64,000 nt of DNA from Mobula hypostoma (taxonomy: Eukaryota), in the NCBI RefSeq assembly GCF_963921235.1, contig NC_086098.1:1116001-1180000 (forward strand), given 5' to 3'. Under the pieces are notes generated by a model that was not told the origin of the DNA, ran no database searches, and saw only the letters and a list, made by a program, of their open reading frames with translations. Of the stretch, positions 24,233-35,465 are shown one piece after another. The translations under genes and the position numbers were made by a program. The number at the start of each line of letters is the position of its first letter. Position 1 is the first letter of the stretch.

Positions 24233-25427
24233 CATGTCACACTAGGTGGGAGTTTGGAAGTCAAATTAATCTGCTCCTTCAATACAAATTTTGGTAGTTT
24301 AATTTAATATAATTCACTATATATCTATCACTAACCAGGTTATAAAATATCTGAAGCAAATGCATAGCCATTGACCCAGGTGGAAGTGTTTGGAGCACAC
24401 AGTATTGCACAACCATAAATATATGTCACAGGCCGGCAGTGAAAGCTGATAAATATCTTCACAGATGAAGCTGACCAGATAACTCATCAGCGACAAAGTT
24501 GCAAGTGAATTATGATTATTCTCCTGAGTGGAATTATTTATCAAATTGCACTGCTAATTGCAGCTGTAGTTTGTCAATACTGAATACTTTCAAGTATAAT
24601 TTTTAAAACCTATTTTATGGCAAGTCTGATTATGTGAAAGATGCTTCCATCTCTCTTTTGCACGTGTGGTGTAGATGCTTAATCCACATTTTCACTTCTG
24701 CTTAAACTGTAGTGAGAATTAATCAGGAAAAATTATAAAATTCAAGAAATTATTTACATTTCAATATGTGAATCAGTAAATTCACATGTCTAAAATTTGG
24801 ACAAAGTCCACTGGTTTCTATGGTGAGATGGGAACAGAGGAATATCAACCATCAGCACTAGCCTCCCCCGCATCAATGGCAGTGCCTCAAAAAAGTGGCA
24901 TCCCCATATCACCCAGGCTATGCCCTCTTCTCGTTGCTACCATCAGGGAGATGCAACAGGAACCTGAAGACACACACTCAAGTTTCAGGCATTCAGTATA
25001 TTTTTGCTCTACTTTTGCAGTACTTCTTTATATAAAGAATAGTTTTTTTTATTATTAGGTACTACTGCGACAAAAGAACAAATTTCATGACATGTGCCAA
25101 TGGTATTAAACCTAATTCTGATTGAATTATGTGAAATGTGGGTGACTGTGTCATGAACAACTGCATATTGTAACTAGTTTCAAAGTCGAAGGAATTGTAA
25201 TTGAGAATAGGGTTTTAAAATCCTTCATACAATCTGCTATGTTGCATGTAATAGTATCTAGTTTTAGAGTACAAGCCTCACAATGTAGTCTGGTGGATGT
25301 TCAGGCCCATCTTGCATTTGTTGCTGTTACCTACAATTTCTTCATGTGCTGTGACTTCTCTAAACTGAAACAAAACAAAACTAAACAAAATTTATTGTCT
25401 TTGAGCCTGCTTCACATTCTTAATGTA

Positions 25428-25952
25428 CACTCTGTGACCACTTTATTATGTACATCTGCTCATTAATGCAAATATCTAATCAGTTATTCATGTCGCAGCA
25501 ACTCAATGCCTAAAAGCGTGCAGATGTGTCAAGAGGTTCAGTTGTTCAAACCAAACAACAGAATGGGAAAGAAATGTGATCTAACTGACCTTGACCATGG
25601 AATGAATGTTGGTGTCAGACAGGATGGTTTGAGTATCTCAGACACTGCTCATATCCTGGGATTTTCATGTTTCTAGAGTTATAGAAAGTGGTACAAAAAG
25701 CAAAAATAAAATATCCAGTGAGCGGCAGATCTATGGGCAAAAATGTCTTGTTGATGACAAAGGTTACAGGAGAATGGTCAGACTGGTTCAAGCTGACAGG
25801 AAGGTGACAGTAACTGAAACAACCATGCATTACAACAGTGGTGTGCAGAAGAGCATCTCTGAACACAGAGTCTATCCTTGAAGTGGATAGCCTACAGCAG
25901 TAGAAGACCACACCAGTTGTATTCCTGTACTTAATAAAGTGGCCACTGAGTG
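25428..25952 (+). mobile_element. Internally deleted Tc1-like DNA transposon
   Basis: TIRs cactctgtgaccactttattatgtaca / tgtacttaataaagtggccactgagtg, TA at 25426-27 and 25953-54, and HTH remnant MGKKCDLTDLDHGM..GLSISDTA. Confidence 0.88.
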
Positions 25953-26103
25953 TATGTTAAAGTACAGAATTATCTTATTTTCATTGCAGAACTAAATATT
26001 GTACGGCATTCAGTGTCAGCACAGCAGTTGCTGTGTGTGCACGAAGAGTCTGATTTGGATTTCCACAAGTAAAGGCTGCATTTCTTTAGTTTAGTAATCA
26101 TAC

Positions 26104-26209
26104 CTACTCGCTTCAACAGCGCACATACAAAAGTTGGAACGATACAAACAAGGTTTCTGTGCCACCTGTACAAGGATGACACGCAAATTCATGAAGTGTT
26201 TTATATTCT
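26104..26209 (+). pseudogene. U6 snRNA pseudogene
   Basis: Full-length colinear match (ctcgcttc..cagc..ttggaacgataca..caaggatgacacgcaaattc.tgaag.gtt..atatt). The ACAGAGA box reads ACAAACA and no upstream TATA is seen. Confidence 0.9.
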
Positions 26210-26240
26210 AAAGTGGACGGGGCATTTTAATGTAGTTAGG

Positions 26241-28985
26241 AACATAGAAAACCTACAGCACAATATAAGCCCTTCGGCCCACAAAACTGTGCCGAGCAGG
26301 TCCTTACCTTATAAATTACCGAGGGTTACCCATAGCCCTCTAATTTTCTAAGCTCCATGTCCCTATCCAGGAGTCTCTTAAAAGACCCTATCGTATCCAC
26401 CTCCACCACCGTCGCCAGCAGCCCATTCCACGCACTCACCACTCTCTGCGTAAAAAAACTTACCCCTGACATCTCCTCTGTACCTACTTCCAAGCACCTT
26501 AAAACTGTGCCCTCTTGTGATAGCCATTTCAGCCCTGGGGAAAAAGCCTCTGACTATCCACACGATCAATGCCTCTCATCATCTTGTACACCTCTATCAG
26601 GTCACCTCTCATCCTCCGTCGCTCCAAGGAGAAAAGGCCGACTTCACTCAACCTATACTCATAAGTCATGCTCCCCAATCCAGGGAATATCCTTATAAAT
26701 CTCCTTTCTATGGTTTCCATATCCTTTCTGTAGTGAGGTGACCAGAAATGAGCACAGTACTCCAAGTGGGGTGTGACCAGGGTCCTATATAGCTGCAACA
26801 TTACCTCTCGGCTCCTAAATTCAATCCCACAATTGATAAAGGCCAGTGCACCGTATGCCTTCTTAACAACAGAGTCAACCTGTGCAGCAGCTTTGAGTGT
26901 CCTATGGACTCAGACCCCAAGATCCCTCTGGTTCTCCACACTGCCAAGAGTCTTACCATTAATACTATATTCTGCCATCATATTTGACCTACCAAAATGA
27001 TCTACCTCACACTTATCTGGGTTGAACTCCATCTGCCACTTCTCATCCCAGTTTTGCATCCTATCAGTGTCCCACTGTAACCTTTGACAGCCCTCCACAC
27101 TATCCACAACACCCCCAACCTTTGTATCATCAGTAAATTTACTAACCCTTCCTTCCACTTCCTCATCCAAGTCATATATAAAAATCACGAGGAGTAGGGG
27201 TCTGAGGCACAACACTGGTCACTGACTTCCATGCAGAATATGACCTGTCTACAACCACACTTTGCCTTCTGTGGGCAAGCCAGATCTGGATCCACAAAGC
27301 AAGGACCCCTTGGATTCCTTACCTCCTTACTTTCTCGATAAGCCTTGCATGGGGTACCTTATCAACTGCCTGGCTGAAATCCATATTCACTACATCTACT
27401 ACTCTACCTTCATCAATGTGTTTAGTCACATCCTCAAAAAATTCCGTCAGGGTCAGAAGGCACGACCTGCCTTTGACAAAGCCGTGCTGACTATTCCTAA
27501 GCATATTATGCCAAGTGTTCATAAATCCTGTCTCTCAGTATCTTTTTTATCAACTTAACAACCACTGAAGTAAGACTCTCTAGTCTACAATTTGCTGGGC
27601 TATCCCTTTCTTGAATAAGGGAACAACATCCGCAACCCTCCAATCTTCTGGAACCTCTCCCGTCCCCAATGATGATGCAAAGATCATCGCCAGAGGCTCA
27701 GCTATCTCCTCCCTCGCCTCCTACAGTAGCCTGGGGTACATCTCAGCCAGTCCCGGTGACTTATCCAACTTGATGTTTTCCAAAAGCTCCAGCACACCTT
27801 CTTCCTTAATATCTACATGCTCAAGCTTTTCAGTCAACTGTAAATCATCCCTACAATCGCCAAGATCCTTTGCCGTAGTATTCTTTAAGTGCCTCTGCTA
27901 TCTCTGCCGATTCCATACACACTTTTCCACTTTCACACTTGATTGGTCCTATTCTCCCATGTCTCATCCTCTTGCTCTTCACATACTTGTAGAATGCCTT
28001 GGTGTTTTCCCTAATCCTGTTCTCCACGGCCTTCTCATGACCTCTTCTGGCTCTTCAAGTTTCATTCTTAAGCTTTTTCCTGCTAGCTTATAATCTTCTA
28101 GATCTGTAACATTATCTAGTTTTTTGAACCTTTTGTAAGCTCTTCTTTTCTTCTTGACTAGATTTACAACAGCCTATGGACACCACAGTTCCTGTACCTT
28201 ATCATCCTTTCCCTGTCTCATTGGAACGTACCTATGCAGAATTCCACACAAATATCCCCTGAACATTTGCCACATTTCTTCTGTACGTTTCCCTGAGAAC
28301 ATCTGTTTCCAATTTATACTTCCAAGTTCCTGCCTGATAGCCTCATATTTCCCCTTACTCCGATTAAATGCTTTCTGAACTTGTCTGTTCCTATCCCTCG
28401 CCAATGCTATGGTAAAGGAGATAGAATTGTGATCACTATCTCCAAAATGCTCTCCCACTGAGAGATCTGACACCTGACCAGGTTCATTTCCGAATACCAG
28501 ATCAAGTACAGCCTCTCCTCTTGTAGGCTTATCTACATATTGTATCAAGAAACCTTCCTGAACACGCCTAACAAACTCCACCCCATCTAAAGCCCTTGCT
28601 CTAGAGAGCTGCCAATCGATATTTGGGAAACTTAAAATCTCCCACTACGGCAACCCTGTTATTATTACACCTTTCCAGAATTTGTCTCCCTATCTGCTCC
28701 TCGATGTCCCTGTTACTATTGGGTGGTCTATAAAAAAACACACATTAGGGTTATTGACCTCTTCCTGTTCCCAACTTGCACCCACAGGAATCCTGTACAC
28801 AGTCCCTCCGTGATTTTCTCCCTTTCTGCAGCCGTAACACTATCTGTGATCAACAGTGCCAGGCCCCCACCTCTTTTGCTTCCCTCCCTGTCCTTTCTGA
28901 AACATCTAAAGCCTGGTACTTGAAGAAACCATTCCTGTCCCTGAGCCATCCAAGTCTCTGTAATGGCCACAACATCATAGCTCCT
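26241..28985 (-). mobile_element. Decayed CR1 ORF2 (APE and RT) with 3' end
   Basis: YDVVAITETW, LDLVFGNE..GDSDHNSI, QHGFVKGRSC, KFTDDTK, PHLEYC. Confidence 0.88.
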
Positions 28986-28996
28986 GAGTGCAATAT

Positions 28997-29422
28997 CTTT
29001 ACAGCACCAACCATCACCCATCACTACTCGATTCCCACCACTGTCTGTAGGAGTTTTTCATGGTCTCCCCTTGATTGTGTGAGTTTCCTCCATGTGCTCT
29101 GGATTTTTCCCACATTCCAAAGATGTATGGGTTGGGGTTAGTGAGTTATGTTGACACCAGAAGTATGGCGACACTTGTAGACTGCCCACCACCATCGTCA
29201 TTGTTTTGATTTGATGCAAGTAACATATTTCACTAGCATGATACAATCTGCAGATCCTTGAAAACCAAAGCAAGGCACACAAAATGCTGGAGGAACTCAG
29301 CAGGTCAGACAACATCTATGGAAAAGAGTAAACTGTCAATGTTTTGGGCTGAGATCCTTCATCAGGACAGGAACATACCTCACTGTATGTTTCAATGTAC
29401 GTTTGACAAATAAAGCTGATCT
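28997..29422 (+). mobile_element. V-domain-like SINE (second tail type) containing an old PLE-terminus insert (29235-29371, minus)
   Basis: gtttcctcc..tgctctggatttttcccacattccaaaga core and tgacaaataaagct tail. The insert is flanked by aacatatttcact / aacatacctcact. Confidence 0.65.
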
Positions 29423-30053
29423 CCACTAATAAAATATTTCCTAATTAGTGTTCCTGAAGATTGGAAAGGTAGATTTTAGAGTTATTATTTCATGTGTATT
29501 CAGGGGAACTTTAGTATCCAAAGCAATATTGCAATATTGGTGAAAATATATAGGTGTGCTGGGGTAAAGAGCTGGACAGGTCCAAATGTCACGTTATGTT
29601 ATAGGCCTCTACATATGTTTACTAACCCCTTGAGGTTTGTCCTTTGCCTGGGTATAATACAAGCTGTTAGTGTTAACAAATTATCCTGGTGTGAAAAGAG
29701 TTAGCCTCTGGGAGCTCTGATACTTTGGCAACTTGCACAGCATCACTTCTTGGTCTCACTGATGTGTGAAACTGCATCATTGTTAAAGTGATGAAAAGTA
29801 GCAATATTCAGAATGCATTACAGGAAAGGGAGTCGCTGATATGGAAAGAGAAAGACCAGAGTAGTTTTATCTGTATGAAAGGGAACATCATGCTCAAGTA
29901 ATGAGGTTTAGTCCATTGTTTTGAATGAACAGAGTTATCATTTATGGTGTTTTCATATCTTAAGAACAAACATAGAAATAGCAAGAAATACAAGAGATTC
30001 TGCAGATGCTATAAGTCCACAGTAACTACCCAGAGATTAATTTTCTTTGTAAA

Positions 30054-30602
30054 TGTAACACCCTGGGAAAGGTTTCACTGCTAATGTAATTGTTTCTCTG
30101 TAGCTGCAGTGTTTGGGTTATGACTAGAGATAACAGAGGCATTGAAATGTGCTCTGGCCAATGAGGGGAGGTGTTTTTCTTTCTTATGTGCCTGAGAGAA
30201 GGGATTTTGCAGGCTTTTGGTTCAGGAGAAGCTGGAGAGAGAAGATACCAGTATGGGGAAGTTGTAGACTGCAGGATTGAGCGGATTTGAAATGGGGTTG
30301 GGAGTCGACAACGGCTGGGGGGAAATTGAAGGAGAACGAACAGAAGTGTAAACAGTGAGCTCCAACGTGCGCATTGGACTGTTTCATTAAAATGGGCCCT
30401 TTTTCTTTTTGTTTTCTTTACTAACCCTATAGTCAAATTAAAAATTATAAAGCTCAATCGTTTAATTGCGAATTGTGTACTGTTTGTTATTTCGTGGTAC
30501 GGATTTGTAACAGAGGACACATCACGCAGATTTCTGAAGTTTGGCCGGGCCGGAAGCTGTCTTCTCTTAGATTAACGAAGCTGGCCGAACCTGACGGTTA
30601 CA
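30054..30602 (+). mobile_element. Solo LTR
   Basis: TGTAAC...GTTACA termini and 4-bp TSD TAAA. Related to 38902-39529 and 47161-47740. Confidence 0.85.
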
Positions 30603-31439
30603 TAAATACAAAGAAACATAATAGAATCAATGAAAAACTGCTCAGCAGACAGACAGACAACCAGTGTGCACAAGACAACAAACTGTGCAAATACTAAAAA
30701 AGAAACAAATTAGTTATAATACATAAATAAGAAATAAATGTTGAGAACATGAGATGAAGAGTTGTTGAAAGTGGAAAGTAGGTGTGGGGTTCGTAAACAC
30801 GAGGAATTCTGCAGATGCTAGAAATGTGGGGTCTGTTCAGTGTTAGGGTGAGTAAAGTAGTGAATCAGAATCTGTTAAAGGCTCCGGCTTGAAGCAGTAA
30901 CTACTTACCTCCCTCTGTAGATGCTGACTGACGCAGTAGCACAACCAGCTCACTTGGCCACTCAAACCTGCATGCAGCAAATCGTGGATGATCTATACCA
31001 TACTTCAATTTCCTGACCTATTCCTACATCCCTCAATTGCTTTAATATTAGAAAATCTTGACTGCAATCAGTAGCTAAGCCTGTGTAAGACATCAGAGTG
31101 GAAAATTCAGACATTTTCATGTGTAAAAAAAATCTCCATGTTCTAGTCCAAAATGGCCTACTCTTTGTATTGAGAATGTGGCTCTGAGTTAATGACTGTT
31201 TTCAAAGGAAATCATTTCCTTTATATCTACTTATCACAGACGACCCTAATGGCAGCTCTCATTGAAGGCAATGGAAGACATCAAATATTCTTGTTTTAGT
31301 CTGCTACGTCTGAGAACCATAACTACATCTATGATGTCTACAGTCAGTGATGAAGTTCTACTGTGACTGAACGATCTATTGCTGCTTAAACCCTTTAGAA
31401 TTAGCCTGGTCTTGGGTCAGCACACTGCCCCTTTATGAA

Positions 31440-34206
31440 GTTGCCAGGGAAAGTGGGGTTGAAGTGCTGGTCTGATGGTGCTTTAAAAAAAAACAAGGTT
31501 TTTGACTCCCTATTTTACTGGCAAACATGCAGTCTCTGGTAAATAAAACTGATGATCTCAGAGCTAGGGTGCTGTATCAGAAGGACGTTAGGAGCGCGTG
31601 TCAACTTTGTTTTATGGAATCTTGTTTAACCCCTTCTGTGCCAGATGCAGCAATTTGAATAGACAGGTTCACAATACACCATCAAGATAGGTCAGTTAAG
31701 TCTCTCTAAAGCAGAGGTGGAGGTATATACCTCATGGTGTACTAATGTATCGGTCACATCCCAATATTGCTCACCGGACCTGGAACACCTTGCAATTAAG
31801 TGCCAGTCATTTTATCTGCTGAGCGATTTCAGCAATCTTTTTGGTAGAGGTGTACATTCTATCTCAGGCCAATGTCAAACAAACTCTAGACAAACTGAGC
31901 AATGTAATCAACACGCATGAAACAGCACATCCTGATGCCTTGCCCATCATTTTGAGGGGTTTTATCCAGGCCAGCTTGATAAAGTCACTAAATAATTATC
32001 ATCAACAAATCACCTATAGTACCAGAGGAAATAACACACTGGACCACTGTTACACTAAGTTCAGGAGTGCCTACCATCCTATTCCATGCCCACACTTTGG
32101 TAAGTCGGATCACCTGGTTGTACTTCTACTTCCTGTGTATAGGAAGAGACTGAAGACTGCAGCACCAGAAGTGAGGACCATGAAGGTGGTCTCGGCCTGA
32201 AACGTGGACTGCGCCTCTTCCTATAGATGCTGCCTGGCCTGCTGCGTTCACCAGCAACTTTGATGTGTGTTACCATGAAGGTATGGACCAGGGAGGCAGG
32301 GAAAAGCTGGCTGCTTTAAATCAGTGGACTGGACTGTGTTCAGGAAGTCAGCTTCGAGCCTGGATGAGTATGCTGCATTTGTTACTGACTTAATTAAAAC
32401 CTGTGTGGATGAGTGTGTGCCTTTGAAAACTTACTGTACATTCTCAAGCCAAAAACTGTGGATGAGCCAGGAGGTTTGTAATCTGCTCAGAGCTAGATCT
32501 GTGGCATTTAAGTCTGGCGATCCAGGTCTGCATAAGAAACTTAGTTGTGACTTTCATATGGCTATGTCAAGAGCCAAGAAACAATGCCAGGAGAGGCTGG
32601 AGGCGATATCGGATGCATAGCAAATTCCAACAGTATGAATGGCAGCAATGCCACGCTACTAGATCAATGCCTTTTAAGCTCTGTTTGAAAGGGAGAATAA
32701 AAGCACAGCTAGGAGGATCCCTGCAGCATCCGAAGGCCCTGTAATCTTTGTCTCGGAGGCCGACGTCAGGCTGTCTTTTAAGAGGGTGAATCCTTGCGAA
32801 GTAGCAGGGCCTGATGGAGTACCTGGTAAGGTTCTCTGTAAACCTGTGCTTTTCAACTGGCAAAAGTATTCAAAGACATTTTCAATCTCTTACTGCTACA
32901 TTCGCAAGTTCCCACCTACTTCAAATGGGCAACAGTTATGCCAGTGCCCAAGAAGAGCAGTGTGAACTGCCTCAATAACTATCATCCATTAGCACTCCCA
33001 TTTACAGTAATGAAATGCTTTGAGAGGGTAGTTGTGGGTAGAACCAACAACTGTCTCAGGAAGGACCTGTATCCACTGCACTTCGCTTATTGCCACATTA
33101 GGTCTACAGCAGAAGCGATCTCATTGCCTCTCCACACAGCCTTGGATCACCTGGACAAAGCAAATGCCTATGTCAGGATGCTGCTATTGACAATAACTCA
33201 GCATTTAACTCCATCATTCCTACAGTCCTGATCGAAAAGCTACAGAACCTAAGCCTCTGTACCTCTCTCTGCAACTGGATCCTTGACTTCCTATCTGGGA
33301 AACCACCGTCTGTGCAGATTGGAAATAACATCTCCACCTCGCTGACAGTTAACACCAGCACCACACAGGGATGTGTGCTTAGCACTCTGCTGTACTCTCT
33401 CTACACCCATGACTGTCAAGCTAGGCATAGCTCAAACAGTACTTATAAATTTGCTGATGATACAACCATTGTTGGCAGAATTTCAGATGGTGACAAAAAG
33501 GCATACAGGAGCAAAATATGCCAGTTAGTTGAGTGGTGTCACAGCACCAACTTTGCGCTCAACATCAGTAGACGAAAGAGCTGATTGTGGACTTCAGGAA
33601 GGGTAAGACGAATGAACACATACCAATCCTCATAGAGGGATCAAAAGTGGAAAGAATGAGCAGTTTCAAGTTTCTGGGTGTCAAGGTCTCTGAGGACCTA
33701 AGCTGGTCCCAACATATCGATGCAGCTATAAAGAAAGCAAAACAGTGACATATTTCATTAGTAGTTTGAGGAGATTTGGTTTGTCAACTCAAGCACTTGA
33801 AAACTTCTACAAATGTACCATTGAGAGCATTTTGTCTGGTATGGGGGGGCGGGGCTAATGCACAAAATAGAAATAAGTTGCAGAAATTTGTAAAATTAGT
33901 CAGCTCTATCATGGGTACCAAACTCCGTAGTATCCAAGACATCATCAAGGACTGGTGCCTTAGGAAGGAGGCATCCATCATTAACGATCCCCACCGCTTA
34001 GGACCTGCCCTCTTCGCACTGTTACCATCGGGAAGGAAATACAGAAGACTGAAGCCACGCACCTAGTGATTCAGAAACAGCTTCTTCCCTTCTTGTGAGC
34101 TTGTGAGTGTTCCTTCTTCCCTTCTGCCATCCGATTTCTAAATGGACGTTGAACACATAAACACTACCTCAATATTTTTATTATTTCTGTTAATTTGCTA
34201 AACTTA
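31440..34206 (+). mobile_element. Near full-length decayed Rex1/Babar LINE (APE and RT)
   Basis: ILLANMQSLVNK, NTLDHCY..GKSDH, NNYHPLAL, KFADDTT. The 3' UTR continues at ~38830-38901 and 39530-39570, and probably at 44668-44693. Confidence 0.85.
32188..32271 (+). mobile_element. 84-bp PLE-A terminal mini-insertion
   Basis: TSD ACCATGAAGGT (32177-32187, 32272-32282). It starts inside hammerhead stem II. Confidence 0.85.
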
Positions 34207-35153
34207 TTTAGACAATTGACAATAGGTGCAGAAGTAGACCATTCGGCCCTTCGAGCCTGCACCGCCATTCTGAGATCATGGCTGATCATCTACTATCAAT
34301 ACCCGGTTCCTGCCTTGTCCCCATAACCCTTGATTCCCCTATCCATAAGATACCTATCTAGCTCCTTCTTGAAAGCATCCAGAGAATTGGCCTCCACTGC
34401 CCTCTGAGGCAGTGCGTTCCACACCTCCACAACTCTCTGGGAGAAGAAGTTCCTCCTCAACTCTGTCCTAAGTGAGCTACCCCTTATTCTTAAACCACGC
34501 CCTCTGGTACTGGACTCTCCCAGCATCTGGAACATATTTCCTGCCTCTATCTTGTCCAATCCCTTAATAATCTTACATGTCTCAATCAGATCCCCCCTCA
34601 ATCTCCTTAATTCCAGCGTGTACAAGCCCAGTCTCTCTAACCTCTCTGCGTAAGACAGTCCGGACATCCCAGGAATTAACCTAGTGAACCTGCGCTGCAC
34701 CTCCTCCACAGCCAGGATGTCCTTCCTTAACCCTGGAGACCAAAACTGCACACAATACTCCAGGTGTGGTCTCACCAGGGCCCTGTATAAATGCAAAAGG
34801 AATTCCTTGCTCTTGTACTCAATTCCCTTTGTAATAAAGGCCAACATTCCATTAGCCTTCTTCACTGCCTGCTGCACTTGCTCATTCACCTTCAGAGACT
34901 GATGAACAAGTACTCCTAGATGTCTTTGTATTTCACCCTTACCTAACTCCACACTGTTCAGATAATAATCTGCCTTCCTGTTCTTGCTCCCAAAGTGAAT
35001 AACCTCACACTTATTCACATTAAATGCCATCTGCCAAGTTTCTGCCCACTCACCCAGCCTATCCAAGTCACCTTGAATTCTCCTAACATCCTCATCACAT
35101 GTCACACTGCCACCCAGCTTAGTATCATCAGCAAACTTGCTGATGTTATTCAC

Positions 35154-35465
35154 TAGGAAGAGGTACAGTCGACGTTTCAGGCCGAGTCCCTTCGTCAGGA
35201 CTAACTGAAGGAAGAGTTAGTAAGAGATTTGAAAGTGGGAGGGGGAGGGGGACCCTCCTGTCTTCTCCTGTCATTTTGGATCTCCCCCTCCCCCTCCCAC
35301 TTTCAAATCTCTTACTAACTCTTCCTTCAGTTAGTCCTGACGAAGGGTCTCGGCCTGAAACGTCGACTGTACCTCTTCCTAGAGATGCTGCCTGGCCTGC
35401 TGCGTTCACCAGCAACTTTGATGTGTGTTGCTTGAATTTCCAGCATCTGCAGAATTCCTGTTGTT
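35154..35465. mobile_element. 312-bp fold-back PLE-A mini-insertion with two hammerheads
   Basis: TSD TGATGTTATTCAC (35141-35153, 35466-35478) and ~100-bp inverted arms 35153-35252 / 35283-35382. Confidence 0.92.
35332..35369 (+). ncRNA. Minimal type I hammerhead ribozyme (best-preserved copy)
   Basis: TAGTC-CTGACGA-A-GGGT-CTCG-GCCT-GAAA-CG-TC-GACTG, with predicted cleavage after GUC (35364). Confidence 0.85.
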
